From contig JAQYLT010000012.1 of the NCBI GenBank assembly GCA_028719885.1, positions 26,702 through 90,701 of the forward strand: a DNA stretch of 64,000 bases. The letters are read 5' to 3'. Origin of the DNA: Bacillota bacterium. Lineage in GTDB: Bacteria; Bacillota; Clostridia; Oscillospirales; Oscillospiraceae. The position numbers and the translations under genes are program-made. Of the stretch, positions 7,731-17,154 are shown in pieces. Positions within the stretch are counted from its first letter, which is position 1, and each line of letters opens with the position of its first letter. A model generated the notes under the pieces. It saw only the letters and a program-made list of their open reading frames with translations, did no database searches and had not been told where the DNA came from.

Positions 7731-9782
7731 TCAGCCGTTCATTGTGGCCAGAAGCGTTTCCACCGCTGCCTCGTCCAGATAATCGTTGTACACCCGGAAA
7801 TCATCCAGAATTCCGCTGACGGTGTTGTATTCCCCGCCGCCCTCTTCCCGGCCGAAGAGGTACAGCGGCTCGGCGTGCAGGTGGTCCTCCGTCACCTGAT
7901 AGCCCAGGGAACAGTTATAGGCCAGGGCGCCGTCCAGGTAGAACCAGTAGTTTCCGCCCTGCTTGGCAATCACCGCCGTGTGATAGCCGTCGGTTGGCTC
8001 CGTGTATCCCGAATTGTTGTCAAAGGGGAAATTGAAGCCGCCGAAGCCTCCGGCGAAATTGTAGACCATTGTTCCGTCCGCCTGGGGAAGCAGCCTCAAA
8101 TAAGCGGCAGTCTGGGTGGAATCGTCGCTGAAATACTTCCGGGTTTCAAACACGCAGCCAATGGTGCCGTCAGAAACCACCATGTCCTCGCTGAACCGGC
8201 AGGCAATGGTCCAGTCCTTTTCCGTGTCATAGAGGCAGACCTGGGTATTCACCGCACTACCGGTGCCGGTCATGGGCCCGGTGAGCTTAAAGGCAAAGGC
8301 GCCGAATTCATCCGTTCCGTCGGTTTCGTAGCCCAGCTCCGGTTCCTTATTTCCTGCCTCTGTTCCAATCAGCTCCTCCAGCCGCTCCGTCACCAGCTTT
8401 CCGATGGCCTTGTAGCCGTAGCAGGAGAAGTGCAGGGAATCGAAGCTTTCCTCCCCGTTTCCGCCGCAGGAGTACATCAGCAGGGGGACATTCTTCTTGA
8501 TCTCATCCGTGGTGGCCCAGCCGGAGGTGTCCGGCACTCCGGCGCTGGCGGCGATTCCGGCCAGGGAATATCCCCGCCTTTGCAGCAGCGGCGGCAGGTA
8601 GAGCAGATGACACACGCCCTGTTCGTCGGTGAGGGCCTTTTGGATGCTGTTGGCGTCCTCCAGCACCCACTGGCTTGTGTATTCCCTGGCCACGATGACC
8701 AGGTAGTTGCTGTAGTTTCCGTAGGCAACCATCTGCTTGATTTTTTCGATGTATGCCCCGTGGGAGCTCACCGACCCGTTGGTTCCCATCCAGATCACGG
8801 CCACTCCGTTCCGGTAGCGGCGCATGGCGTTGGTTTCAATCATGGACTTCTCCGGCACCTGCACCGCCTCTCCGCTTTGAAGCCGCCGGAACCGGTAGGC
8901 GTAACGCCCGCTTTCATCCTTGACCATGTCCCGGAACAGCTCGCCCTCCACCCCGGCCAGGACGCAGGGGTTGATGCCCGCCTCGTTCTCGGCCAGGGGC
9001 TGCGCCAGGTCGCCGGATTTGGTTTCGATGCCCATGCGGTCGTCGGAATAGTAGTTTCCCCGGAGATAGCCCACGATCACATCCTCCGAGGCATCCGCCG
9101 GGATGGTGAAGCCGCCCACCACCATGGGGTCCGCGCCCTGCCTGGCCATGATGGTCTGAATGGTCTCCCCCCGGCAACCCAGATTTACGCAGGGGAAGCG
9201 CTGGGCAACCATGTCCGGATAGGCGCAGACGATGGCGTTCTGGATTCCATCCTGGGTGGGCAACCAGCCCCCCACACCCTCGGTGAGGGAATCCCCCCAG
9301 CAGTACACCGTGGGGACGTTTTCCCCGGTGCTGCCCCCGGTTCCCTGCTGGATTTTTTGGAGTACTTCCTCCGCCGCTTTCAGCCGGAGCAGCATTTCCT
9401 CCACCGTTCCGGGGGCGGGCTGGGCGCCCTCCGGCCCGTCGCACTGGGCAACCGAGGGCTTTACCATGCCGCAGGAGGCCCAGTTGGTGGGAATCCGCAG
9501 CTTGCCCGATGCATCCCAGCCATCCAGTCCGCATTCCAGCCGCTGCCCCGCAATCAGGCATTCCTGGGGCAGACATACCGGCCCGTCCCCATCCAGGGAG
9601 ACAATGCGGCTCACCTCTCCACAGCGCACCTTCAGGGTCTTGCTCAGGCCCTCCCATTCTTCGTCCCATTCTGCCGTAACCGGGATGCCCACCATTCCGT
9701 GAGTGATCTGCCCCTCCACCCTCGCCCTGGCCATGGCTCCCTTGCAAAAGATTGTAATGCTTGTCATGTATTCACGCTCCAT
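7731..9782 (-). CDS. tail fibre/spike protein with central SGNH (GDSL) hydrolase and C-terminal LamG/concanavalin-like domain
   Basis: GDSL block YCWGDSLTEGVGG. The C-terminus (LDDFRVYNDYL) is typical of laminin-G-like lectin folds. Start taken at the ATG 5 nt after the upstream stop; 9767 and 9806 are alternatives. Confidence 0.7.
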   Translation of the reverse strand: MEREYMTSITIFCKGAMARARVEGQITHGMVGIPVTAEWDEEWEGLSKTLKVRCGEVSRIVSLDGDGPVCLPQECLIAGQRLECGLDGWDASGKLRIPTNWASCGMVKPSVAQCDGPEGAQPAPGTVEEMLLRLKAAEEVLQKIQQGTGGSTGENVPTVYCWGDSLTEGVGGWLPTQDGIQNAIVCAYPDMVAQRFPCVNLGCRGETIQTIMARQGADPMVVGGFTIPADASEDVIVGYLRGNYYSDDRMGIETKSGDLAQPLAENEAGINPCVLAGVEGELFRDMVKDESGRYAYRFRRLQSGEAVQVPEKSMIETNAMRRYRNGVAVIWMGTNGSVSSHGAYIEKIKQMVAYGNYSNYLVIVAREYTSQWVLEDANSIQKALTDEQGVCHLLYLPPLLQRRGYSLAGIAASAGVPDTSGWATTDEIKKNVPLLMYSCGGNGEESFDSLHFSCYGYKAIGKLVTERLEELIGTEAGNKEPELGYETDGTDEFGAFAFKLTGPMTGTGSAVNTQVCLYDTEKDWTIACRFSEDMVVSDGTIGCVFETRKYFSDDSTQTAAYLRLLPQADGTMVYNFAGGFGGFNFPFDNNSGYTEPTDGYHTAVIAKQGGNYWFYLDGALAYNCSLGYQVTEDHLHAEPLYLFGREEGGGEYNTVSGILDDFRVYNDYLDEAAVETLLATMNG

Positions 9783-9787
9783 TCTCC

Positions 9788-11506
9788 TTACTCCACCCGT
9801 TTCCACATATAAACTGCCAGATAGGGCGGCATGTTGTTGTGGGCGGCATCTGCTCCCACTCCACCGGTGCTCCCCGGGGGATAGCTTTCGCCGGAGGCCA
9901 GCAGAAAGGTGTCCGCAATCCGCTCCCAGGTGCCGCCGAAGAGGCTGTCCGGCGGCGTGTCGGTGACGGAGATGTAGATGCTGCCCACGGGATAAACCCG
10001 GCTGATCACCCGGTCCACATAGGCCTTGGTGGCCGCATCCTGCTCATTGGTTGGGTCGGCCATGTTCCCGATGGCGCATTCGTTCATGTCCGTGTCCACA
10101 CCGATGCTCAGCTTTTGGGCATTCTTGGCCCGCATGCCGATGCCCACGGCCTTGGTGCTCCGGCACAGGTCCACCAGAACAAAGGCCACATTCACCAAAG
10201 CGGTTTGGCTCGTCACCTTGTTGTAATCATCCTGGACAATTACCTGGCATTCATAGGCGGTATCCTGTCCCGCGCTCATGATGAAGCTGCCGCCCTGCAC
10301 GCTGCTTTGGCTCAAATACTCCAGCAAGGTAACCTTTCTCTGCTCTTCTCCGTTGTGGACGGTGCACACCCCATAGTAGAAGATCAGCTTGTTGTAGTCC
10401 TTGTTTGCCTCCGCATCAAACACCACTTTCAGATATTCGCCGTCCGGCTGTGGCTCCCCCTGCTCATCGCAGCGGAAGGCCTCCCGGATGGTGACGCTTG
10501 GCTTCTGGTAGGGCTGCACCTGGATGATCTTTTCGTGTTTTGCAATTCTGCCCCGGCTGTCGGTCGCCGTAACGGTGATGGGGATGCTTCCGCAGTCGTC
10601 CATGGCAAATATCACCTGGTCTCCGCTGCCGGTCATCTTCCCGCAGCGCACCTGGATGTCCTGGATGGTGGAGCCGTAGATACCCTCCGCCGTGCTCTGG
10701 ACAACAATTTTGCTGATGGACTGGACATAGGCGTTGTATTCCTGCCAGATTCCTGTTTTGTCCGACACCCAGACCAGCAGGATTGGCACAACATCCTCCG
10801 GAATCTGGCAGATTATCTCCTTTTCCCGTGTGCCCACCTGAGTATCCCCCCGATAGGTGGTCACCGTCAGCACGATGGAAACCTTGGTGTCCTGGGTCTG
10901 CTGCTCTGCCAGCTCTATTGGTGGGGTCCATTCCAGCTCCGTCTGCTCCGTTTTTTCCGCAATGGTCCCCTCCAGGCTGCCGCAGCGCCAGCTCAGGGTG
11001 TCGGTAAAGCCGCTTGCCTCCCGGGTGATGCGAATGGTCAGCGGCTGGCCCAGCGTTCCATCCTCCGCCTCCAGCTGGGAGACCCGGGGGATGGCTGGCA
11101 GATAGGGGTAGACGGTTTTGTTGATGCCATAGTCCAGTGGTGCCTGATTGTAGTAGACGAACAGGTTGGCGTATACCGCGATCTGGGCGGTGCCGTCCTC
11201 CTGGTGGTTGACGGTGATGTTTTTGGTGCTGAAGCCGGAGAACCAGCTGTCTCCCTCTCCGCCGCCGGAGTAGTTCTTGGTCATGTCCACGGCGCAGCCG
11301 GTGGTGTCGGTGAGGGCAAGGGTTGCCGCCTGATTTCCGTTGATGGAAATGGTTCCCTTGATGTAGCAGCTCAGGTTCATGCTGGCAAGAGAACGCATTT
11401 CCACCCTCGTCACCCTCACCACCGACCGGTTCAGCTGGATATCCTGGGTGACCTTGTAGGTGATCCGCGCCCCAAAGGAGCTGCCAATGATTTCACAACT
11501 AGGCAT
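9788..11506 (-). CDS. tail/receptor-binding structural protein
   Basis: 572 aa. The C-terminal motif YPVGSIYISV...FGGTWERI recurs in phage fibre/baseplate proteins. SD GGAGGGAAGC precedes the ATG. Confidence 0.6.
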   Translation of the reverse strand: MPSCEIIGSSFGARITYKVTQDIQLNRSVVRVTRVEMRSLASMNLSCYIKGTISINGNQAATLALTDTTGCAVDMTKNYSGGGEGDSWFSGFSTKNITVNHQEDGTAQIAVYANLFVYYNQAPLDYGINKTVYPYLPAIPRVSQLEAEDGTLGQPLTIRITREASGFTDTLSWRCGSLEGTIAEKTEQTELEWTPPIELAEQQTQDTKVSIVLTVTTYRGDTQVGTREKEIICQIPEDVVPILLVWVSDKTGIWQEYNAYVQSISKIVVQSTAEGIYGSTIQDIQVRCGKMTGSGDQVIFAMDDCGSIPITVTATDSRGRIAKHEKIIQVQPYQKPSVTIREAFRCDEQGEPQPDGEYLKVVFDAEANKDYNKLIFYYGVCTVHNGEEQRKVTLLEYLSQSSVQGGSFIMSAGQDTAYECQVIVQDDYNKVTSQTALVNVAFVLVDLCRSTKAVGIGMRAKNAQKLSIGVDTDMNECAIGNMADPTNEQDAATKAYVDRVISRVYPVGSIYISVTDTPPDSLFGGTWERIADTFLLASGESYPPGSTGGVGADAAHNNMPPYLAVYMWKRVE

Positions 11507-11518
11507 GCTTCCCTCCTG

Positions 11519-12265
11519 TTACTTCCCCATGCTCTTGAACAGGGAAGACAGCAGGGAGCTGTTCTTCTTGGTTCCCGTCTGCTCCTCGGTCTTCTTCTTG
11601 CCGGAGGTGACGTAAACCGTCTGCACGGCAGAGGCGGCCGGGTGGGAGGCGGCCCACTGCTGGTTGTAGCGGCGCCGGTTCTCGTCGAACTCCTGCTGCC
11701 ATTTCCAGTCGGCGATTTCGTCCCGATAGGCGTTGTAGTCGGTGTCCCGGGCGTCGGTGTAGATGTTCCACAGCTGGTCAGCCTCCTTCTGCCAGGCGGC
11801 CAGGGCGTCCTGGTAGCGGCCGTATTCCTGCTGCTGGGCCCCGGAGAGCAGGTCGTATTTCTGCTGCAGGCTCTGGGTTTGCAGCCGGTATTGGTTCATT
11901 GCCAGGTTGTAAAGCTCCGGGATCCGGTCCGCCAGGCTGTCCAGCTGCCGGCTGTAGGCCTGCTGGCCTGCGGCCTGGGCGTAGGAATTGCCGTAGCCCC
12001 CGGTGAGGGCTGCCGCCTGCCCCATGGTGTCCGCCATGGCCAGTCTTCCGTTTTGGATGGCTGCGTTCCGGTATTGCCGGTAGAGGGCGTCCCCGTCCAG
12101 GTTGTAGTGAAAATCCTCCCGGTTCAGAATCCGGTCCATCACCTGCTTCAAGGAGGTCTCATAGGCGGAGGTATATTCCCCCGGCTTCGTCTTTTTTTGC
12201 TCCTGCATGGCCGCCTCCGCGTCCAAAACCTTTTGGGAGGCGGTGTATTCCTTTTTTTCTGCCAT
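11519..12265 (-). CDS. phage structural-module protein, function unknown (Q/Y-rich, coiled coil)
   Basis: 248-aa ORF in the operon with good coding periodicity. No recognisable motif. Confidence 0.55.
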   Translation of the reverse strand: MAEKKEYTASQKVLDAEAAMQEQKKTKPGEYTSAYETSLKQVMDRILNREDFHYNLDGDALYRQYRNAAIQNGRLAMADTMGQAAALTGGYGNSYAQAAGQQAYSRQLDSLADRIPELYNLAMNQYRLQTQSLQQKYDLLSGAQQQEYGRYQDALAAWQKEADQLWNIYTDARDTDYNAYRDEIADWKWQQEFDENRRRYNQQWAASHPAASAVQTVYVTSGKKKTEEQTGTKKNSSLLSSLFKSMGK

Positions 12266-12279
12266 TTATACTCCTTTCT

Positions 12280-13017
12280 TCATCGGATGCTCAGGTGGCC
12301 GTCCACCCCCTGCTCAAAGATATAGTCACCCAGCTGGAGCCATCCTACCTGGGCGCGGTCCGTCTGAATGGATGACGCCGTGACGGCAGTGACGTACAGC
12401 CGCCGGTCGCTGATGTAGGCCACCTCCACATCGTTGCTGTCGAAAAAGGACAGCCTGGAGGCGGTGAGCCGGGTGAATTTGCGGAAGCGAATCACCCCGT
12501 CCTCCCATTCCTGCTGGCCGATTTCCACACCGTAGATGTCCGCTCCGTCCGGTCCCTGGGTCAGCAGGCCGGTGCGGATGGTGGCGTTCACCTCCACCAT
12601 GGACGACTTCAATTCCGCCACTGCCGCTTCCAGCTGCTGGATATTGGAAAATTTCTGCTGAATGCTCTGGGCGTTGGCGGTGATGCGCTGCTCCGTCTCC
12701 TGACGGAACACCCCGAATTGGGACTGGGCTACATAGGAGCCGGAAAGGCTTTTCTCCACCTGCTGCTGAAAATGCTGGGTGATTTCGGCGCTTTTCAGAA
12801 TCAGGGCTTTTACGGCGGCGAAATCCACCGCTGGATTCTCCTGCCCACTGCTGGGGCTGTCCGCCTGCTGCTTGGAAGAATCAGATTGCTGGGTGACGGT
12901 ATCAAAGGCAATTTGCAGCTGCTGGGCCAGGGTGTACAGGTAGCTCTGCATCCGGCGCAGCTGCTCCTGGGTTGTGCCGCCGGAGAGCTCCGGCAGGCGA
13001 AGCTCCACCGCCGTCAA
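12280..13017 (-). CDS. phage structural-module protein, function unknown
   Basis: 245-aa ORF. Its start overlaps the upstream gene's stop by 4 nt. Confidence 0.55.
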   Translation of the reverse strand: MTAVELRLPELSGGTTQEQLRRMQSYLYTLAQQLQIAFDTVTQQSDSSKQQADSPSSGQENPAVDFAAVKALILKSAEITQHFQQQVEKSLSGSYVAQSQFGVFRQETEQRITANAQSIQQKFSNIQQLEAAVAELKSSMVEVNATIRTGLLTQGPDGADIYGVEIGQQEWEDGVIRFRKFTRLTASRLSFFDSNDVEVAYISDRRLYVTAVTASSIQTDRAQVGWLQLGDYIFEQGVDGHLSIR

Positions 13018-14744
13018 AACACATCGCTCCCTTCCTCCAGGGTTTTGGTCAGGTCATACAGCCGCATTTCCCCGGTGCCCTCCAGCCGCAGCCGGAGATG
13101 GTCGCACCGGCGTACCGCCACGGGGATGGTGACGGAGCCCAGGGGACCGGGATGAATCTCCGCCAGGGAGTGCCACAGCGGTTCCTCGTCATACCGGACG
13201 GAGAGCTTCAGGGAGGCCCCGGGAGCCAGATACAGCCGCAGGGTCAGCCGGGACAGATGCTTGTTGTCCGGGCTTTCCGTGGCCATGACGCCGGTTTCCG
13301 CCAGGTAGTGAAAATCCCCCTCCGGCTCGCCCTCGCCGGTGACGCTGATGATCTGCCCCTCCCCGTCCAGAAAATACAGGCTGTTCCGGCAGCTGCAAAA
13401 GCATGTTGCCCTGGCGCCGTCCTCCCGGTGCCAGAGTCCTTTTTCCGTGTCGTAGACAAAGAGGTGGCTCTGGCCTTCGTCATCGGCCATGGAGATGTAG
13501 TATTTTCCCCGGAGGGCCCCAGCCGCTGCCTGGGAAAAGTGCCCGGTGCCCAGTGGCCGGGAAACCTCCGTGGGCAGGGCTCCGTCGTAGGCACACACGC
13601 CGGTGGGGGATTTGTAAAACAGGGTCTCCCCCACAATGGCCAGGCTCTCCTGGCTGCCCTGCTGCACCCCCCGGCAGGGGGTGGTTTGCAGCCGGTAGCT
13701 GGCGGGATAATTGCCGTAGATTTTGTGCAGGCAGTTTTCCCGGAAAAACAGGGGGTAGCCCATGTGCTGAATTGCCCCGGTGAAAGGCCCCTCCGCCCCC
13801 AGGCTCACCTGGTAGCTGTCGGTGGAGATGCCCTGGAAGCAGTACCAGTTTTTGAAATCCCCCAGCTTGCTGGCGTAGATTTCGTTGACGATTTCCCCCT
13901 GGCTGTTGGGGCCGTAGCGGCAGCCCCAGAGCCGGTTTTCGCATTCGATGACAAAGTCCATGATGGGCAGCTTTCGGCTGAGGGTGATGGGGATGTCCCA
14001 GAGGATTTCCCCCTCCAGCAGTCCGGGCACCACCAGGTAGTCAGTGTCCCGGGCGGTGATGACGCATTGGGACGCCACCGCCTCCGGGGCTCCCGTGATG
14101 GAAATTCCATCCCCCTCCCGGAAGGCGGCGCCGATGCCGGGATGGGAGAGCCGGAGGTAGGTTTTCTCCACGCTCACCCACATCCCGGAGCCCTGGGACC
14201 ACTGCAGCAGCACCGGCGGCTGCTGGGAGGTGTCCAGCCAGAGGGCCATGTTGGCCGGGTTCTGGGGCTCCTCCGGCTGGCTGTAGGCAGGCAGCAGCGC
14301 TTCTCCGTCGGATGTGGCGGGGGTGAGGGTCACGGTGCCCTCGGTGGTAAATTCCGCCTCCAAATTGCCGAAATCCGTGAGGTTCAGGGTGTTGATGTAC
14401 TTTTTATCCGGGAAGATGATCACATAGGCCCCCATGGAAACCAGCCTTTTGGGGCAGTCCGCCTCTCGCTCCGACAGGCCCATTTCCACTTCGTACCCAT
14501 TCACCACGAATTTGGAGCCGTCCACCCAGCAAAGGCTGTCCCGGGCGATGAGCCCCTGGGCGTTGGCCGGATGCCGGTATACGCCCCGCTTTTTCCGGGT
14601 GGCGAGCAAGGGATAGTGGTCGGAGCTCATGTTCTCCATGGCGGCAAATTCCCCGGGATTGATGCGGCAGCCTGCGTGATAGCCCCCGAACACCGACAGG
14701 GTCTCCCGGCTGGCGGGCAGGGCGCTGAGGGTTGGAAAGTGCAT
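13014..14744 (-). CDS. large virion/tail protein, function unknown
   Basis: 576 aa counted from the ATG at 14744, which is preceded by AGGAGGGG. The ORF-track start at 14822 overlaps the upstream gene. Confidence 0.6.
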   Translation of the reverse strand: MHFPTLSALPASRETLSVFGGYHAGCRINPGEFAAMENMSSDHYPLLATRKKRGVYRHPANAQGLIARDSLCWVDGSKFVVNGYEVEMGLSEREADCPKRLVSMGAYVIIFPDKKYINTLNLTDFGNLEAEFTTEGTVTLTPATSDGEALLPAYSQPEEPQNPANMALWLDTSQQPPVLLQWSQGSGMWVSVEKTYLRLSHPGIGAAFREGDGISITGAPEAVASQCVITARDTDYLVVPGLLEGEILWDIPITLSRKLPIMDFVIECENRLWGCRYGPNSQGEIVNEIYASKLGDFKNWYCFQGISTDSYQVSLGAEGPFTGAIQHMGYPLFFRENCLHKIYGNYPASYRLQTTPCRGVQQGSQESLAIVGETLFYKSPTGVCAYDGALPTEVSRPLGTGHFSQAAAGALRGKYYISMADDEGQSHLFVYDTEKGLWHREDGARATCFCSCRNSLYFLDGEGQIISVTGEGEPEGDFHYLAETGVMATESPDNKHLSRLTLRLYLAPGASLKLSVRYDEEPLWHSLAEIHPGPLGSVTIPVAVRRCDHLRLRLEGTGEMRLYDLTKTLEEGSDVF

Positions 14745-14755
14745 GATATCCCCTC

Positions 14756-15103
14756 CTAAAAGAAGTTTCTCCGACCCGTCCCGGGATTTTCCCGGCGCAG
14801 GGCGTTGGCGTATTCCTGCCACAGGGACTGGAACAGGGCCATGGCGTTGTTGAATTTCAGGTACTCCTGATTGGCGTAGTTCATCTGGGCCTCCAGCCAG
14901 CGGTCATACATGGAGGCAAAGGGCTCGGGGATGGACAGCGCGGTTTCCTCGGTCACGGGCTCCCACTGCTCCTCCAGGCCGCACCGGGCCAGAAGCTGGG
15001 AGACCATCTTTTCCAGCTGGTTCAGCCAGAGCAGCTTTTCCTCCCGGGTGAACACGTTGTGCATCCTCTCGTCCACCCGGCTGATCACATCCAGGGCCGT
15101 CAT
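14756..15103 (-). CDS. phage head-tail joining region protein, function unknown
   Basis: 115-aa ORF starting 2 nt after the stop of the 75-aa gene. Confidence 0.5.
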   Translation of the reverse strand: MTALDVISRVDERMHNVFTREEKLLWLNQLEKMVSQLLARCGLEEQWEPVTEETALSIPEPFASMYDRWLEAQMNYANQEYLKFNNAMALFQSLWQEYANALRRENPGTGRRNFF

Positions 15104-15105
15104 GC

Positions 15106-15333
15106 TCAGGCCTTCTTTTCCAGCTGCTCCAGGGGCTTGGCAGCCTTTTCCTCAAATTCCAGGGCCTGAGCCAGCATTTTCTCCTGGCGCTCCAGCACCT
15201 TCACCACGTTCCAGGGCAGCTCCACCTCCACTCCCCGGGCGATCTGCCAGGTCTGGCCGTTGACGCCCACGAACACATCCTCCTTGTCGTTGCGGGTGAG
15301 AGGCAGCTTGATTTTGACGAGTTTCTTTTCCAT
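15106..15333 (-). CDS. small phage protein (75 aa) downstream of the capsid gene
   Basis: ATG at 15333 (MEKKLVKIKLPL...). The remainder of the 199-aa track ORF runs through structured repeats. Confidence 0.5.
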   Translation of the reverse strand: MEKKLVKIKLPLTRNDKEDVFVGVNGQTWQIARGVEVELPWNVVKVLERQEKMLAQALEFEEKAAKPLEQLEKKA

Positions 15334-15778
15334 AACAGTTCTCCTTTTCTGATTTTTGTTTTTGTGTTTATCGGCTTCATCCGTTAAGTTGTGCTTTTCA
15401 TAACCAGCGTGAACATCAATCCAAAATAACTGATGCACTACAGGGAACGCGCGCCGGGAGGGGGTCCTTAGGGGGAGGGCGGCTTTGGCTTCGGGAGTGA
15501 GACATTCAGCGCCTCCCCCTAAGCCGACTTCTTTGGTTACTTTCTTGTTCGGCGACAAGAAAGTGACCCGCCGGAGGCATCCCACTGGTTTTGAGCTGAT
15601 AACTGGATGCTGTCCATGCTGTTTTAACCGACATTGTATCGTTGAACCGGGTGCCCAATAACCGGAGGCCAGGCGGCGGGGGCAAGCCGCCCGCCCTACG
15701 GTCACATTTGGGAATCAACAAACCCGGCATAATTTTGCAGCGGGTCGGTGGGATCATGACCCCACCCTGTAAGCCCCC
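15334..15778. repeat. 445-bp structured non-coding insert in the head operon (several long hairpins, one GTAGGG-type unit at 15675-15699)
   Basis: Hairpins TTAGGGGGAGG.CG/CGCCTCCCCCTAA (15468-15523) and TTACTTTCTTGT/ACAAGAAAGTGA (15537-15566), plus GGCGGG...CCCGCCCTAC. No credible ORF. Confidence 0.7.
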
Positions 15779-16795
15779 TTAGTTCATCTTGGCGCTGGGG
15801 GAGAAGGCGCTGCAGCACTCCACCCGGTACATGTAGGCCTGCTGGAGAATCTCCGCCGTCTGCATGGCCTTCCAGCCCACGGTGCTGCGCTGGTTCAGGG
15901 GGTCGGCGGTACCGGCGGAGCCCAGCTGCTTGATGATGGTTTCCAGGCCGCCGCCGGTGACCTCGGTGACACCGTAGGCGCCGTTGGCAATGAACAGACA
16001 GCCGAATACCGCGAGACCCGCGGGGCAGTCGTTCTCCGTACCGGTGTAAACCGCCGCCTCGGAGGTCTCGATGAAGCGGACACCGGCAATCCGGCCGATC
16101 TCGCCCTCAAACTGATTCTCGGGCTTGCAGTACTTGTGCATTTCCTCCCAGCGGGGGTCGCTCATGATGTCATAGGCCACATAGGGATGGAGGATGCACA
16201 CATAGTCTCCACCGAACTTGGGGGCGTTGCTGGCCTTCAGCATGGCCGCCACCTTTTTCACCACATCCACGGTGAGCACGCAGGTGCCGTCCAGCTGGGA
16301 GCGGTCGGAGACGGGGGTGGTCTTGCCATCGGCGGCAATCTTGGGGCAGTAGTACACGTTGGTGCCGGACTGGAGCACATTCCGGGTGATGGTGTCCAGG
16401 GTCAGGCCCGCCTGATGGCCCACGGCCCGGGTGGCTTCCAGCACGTTGTTGTCGATGGCGGTGAGGTCCAGCACATCAGACAGGCACACATAGTCGCCGT
16501 ACTGACGCACCTCCGCCTCCACTGCCACGGCGGTCATCTTCCGGCCGTCGGGGGTCACGCCTTCGGTCAGGGGCTGGGTGGCCTTGGGCAGGGCGGCGTA
16601 GCGGCGGAATTCAATCCGCTTGCCGCCGTTTTTGGGGATGGGCCGCTTCTGGCCAAACTGCATGTGAATCAGGTTGGGGCTGGCCTCCTCCAAAAGGGCC
16701 CGGTCGTAAAAGGTCTTGTTCTCCACGGAGAGACCGGGATCGGTGGTCACGTTCACGTTCTCGGCAAAAAACTGCAGATTCATTTTCTTTTCCAT
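15779..16795 (-). CDS. major capsid protein with Prp-type N-terminal propeptide
   Basis: 338 aa, positioned after the scaffold gene. The N-terminus MEKKMNLQFFA|E matches the L27/Prp cleavage motif. Confidence 0.8.
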   Translation of the reverse strand: MEKKMNLQFFAENVNVTTDPGLSVENKTFYDRALLEEASPNLIHMQFGQKRPIPKNGGKRIEFRRYAALPKATQPLTEGVTPDGRKMTAVAVEAEVRQYGDYVCLSDVLDLTAIDNNVLEATRAVGHQAGLTLDTITRNVLQSGTNVYYCPKIAADGKTTPVSDRSQLDGTCVLTVDVVKKVAAMLKASNAPKFGGDYVCILHPYVAYDIMSDPRWEEMHKYCKPENQFEGEIGRIAGVRFIETSEAAVYTGTENDCPAGLAVFGCLFIANGAYGVTEVTGGGLETIIKQLGSAGTADPLNQRSTVGWKAMQTAEILQQAYMYRVECCSAFSPSAKMN

Positions 16796-16859
16796 ATCAT
16801 TTCTCCTTCTTGTGTGATGTACTAATTGGTTTAATTGTGCTTTTGCTAACGAACAATTC

Positions 16860-17088
16860 GTAGGGAATGCATTTATGCATTCCGCCTGGGTAATGGTTTT
16901 GCGCCGGTGCGTTGAATCGAAAAATGTTGATTCTTTCCGTAGGGAACGGATTTATCCGTTCCGATTCCTTTGTTGTTTCAAAATCGGTTGGATAAATGGT
17001 AAAACGTCGATAATATGTTCCCCCAGATGCCACTCAACAAGCTACGATGATCATCGAACCTTTCGGAAGGTCTGAATCCGTTCCCTAC
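16860..17088. repeat. second copy of the composite GTAGGG-hairpin element, inside the phage head operon
   Basis: Units at 16860-16883 and 16939-16962 are identical to those at 6257-6280 and 6335-6358. A degenerate reverse unit lies at 17065-17088. Spacers are homologous to the 6257-6560 element. Confidence 0.85.
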
Positions 17089-17154
17089 GCACACGACTGG
17101 CTGATATTAATTAACTTAACGCCCCTTTCCCTCATGAACGATTCTTCCTCTTAC

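Noticed and set aside
9761-12325. 854-aa plus-strand ORF antisense to the tail genes
   Set aside because: Same artefact. It spans three independently supported minus-strand genes and has no SD or recognisable domains.
15106-15705. 199-aa ORF downstream of the capsid gene
   Set aside because: Only the last 75 codons (from the ATG at 15333) look like a gene. The upstream part translates the hairpin-dense repeat insert.
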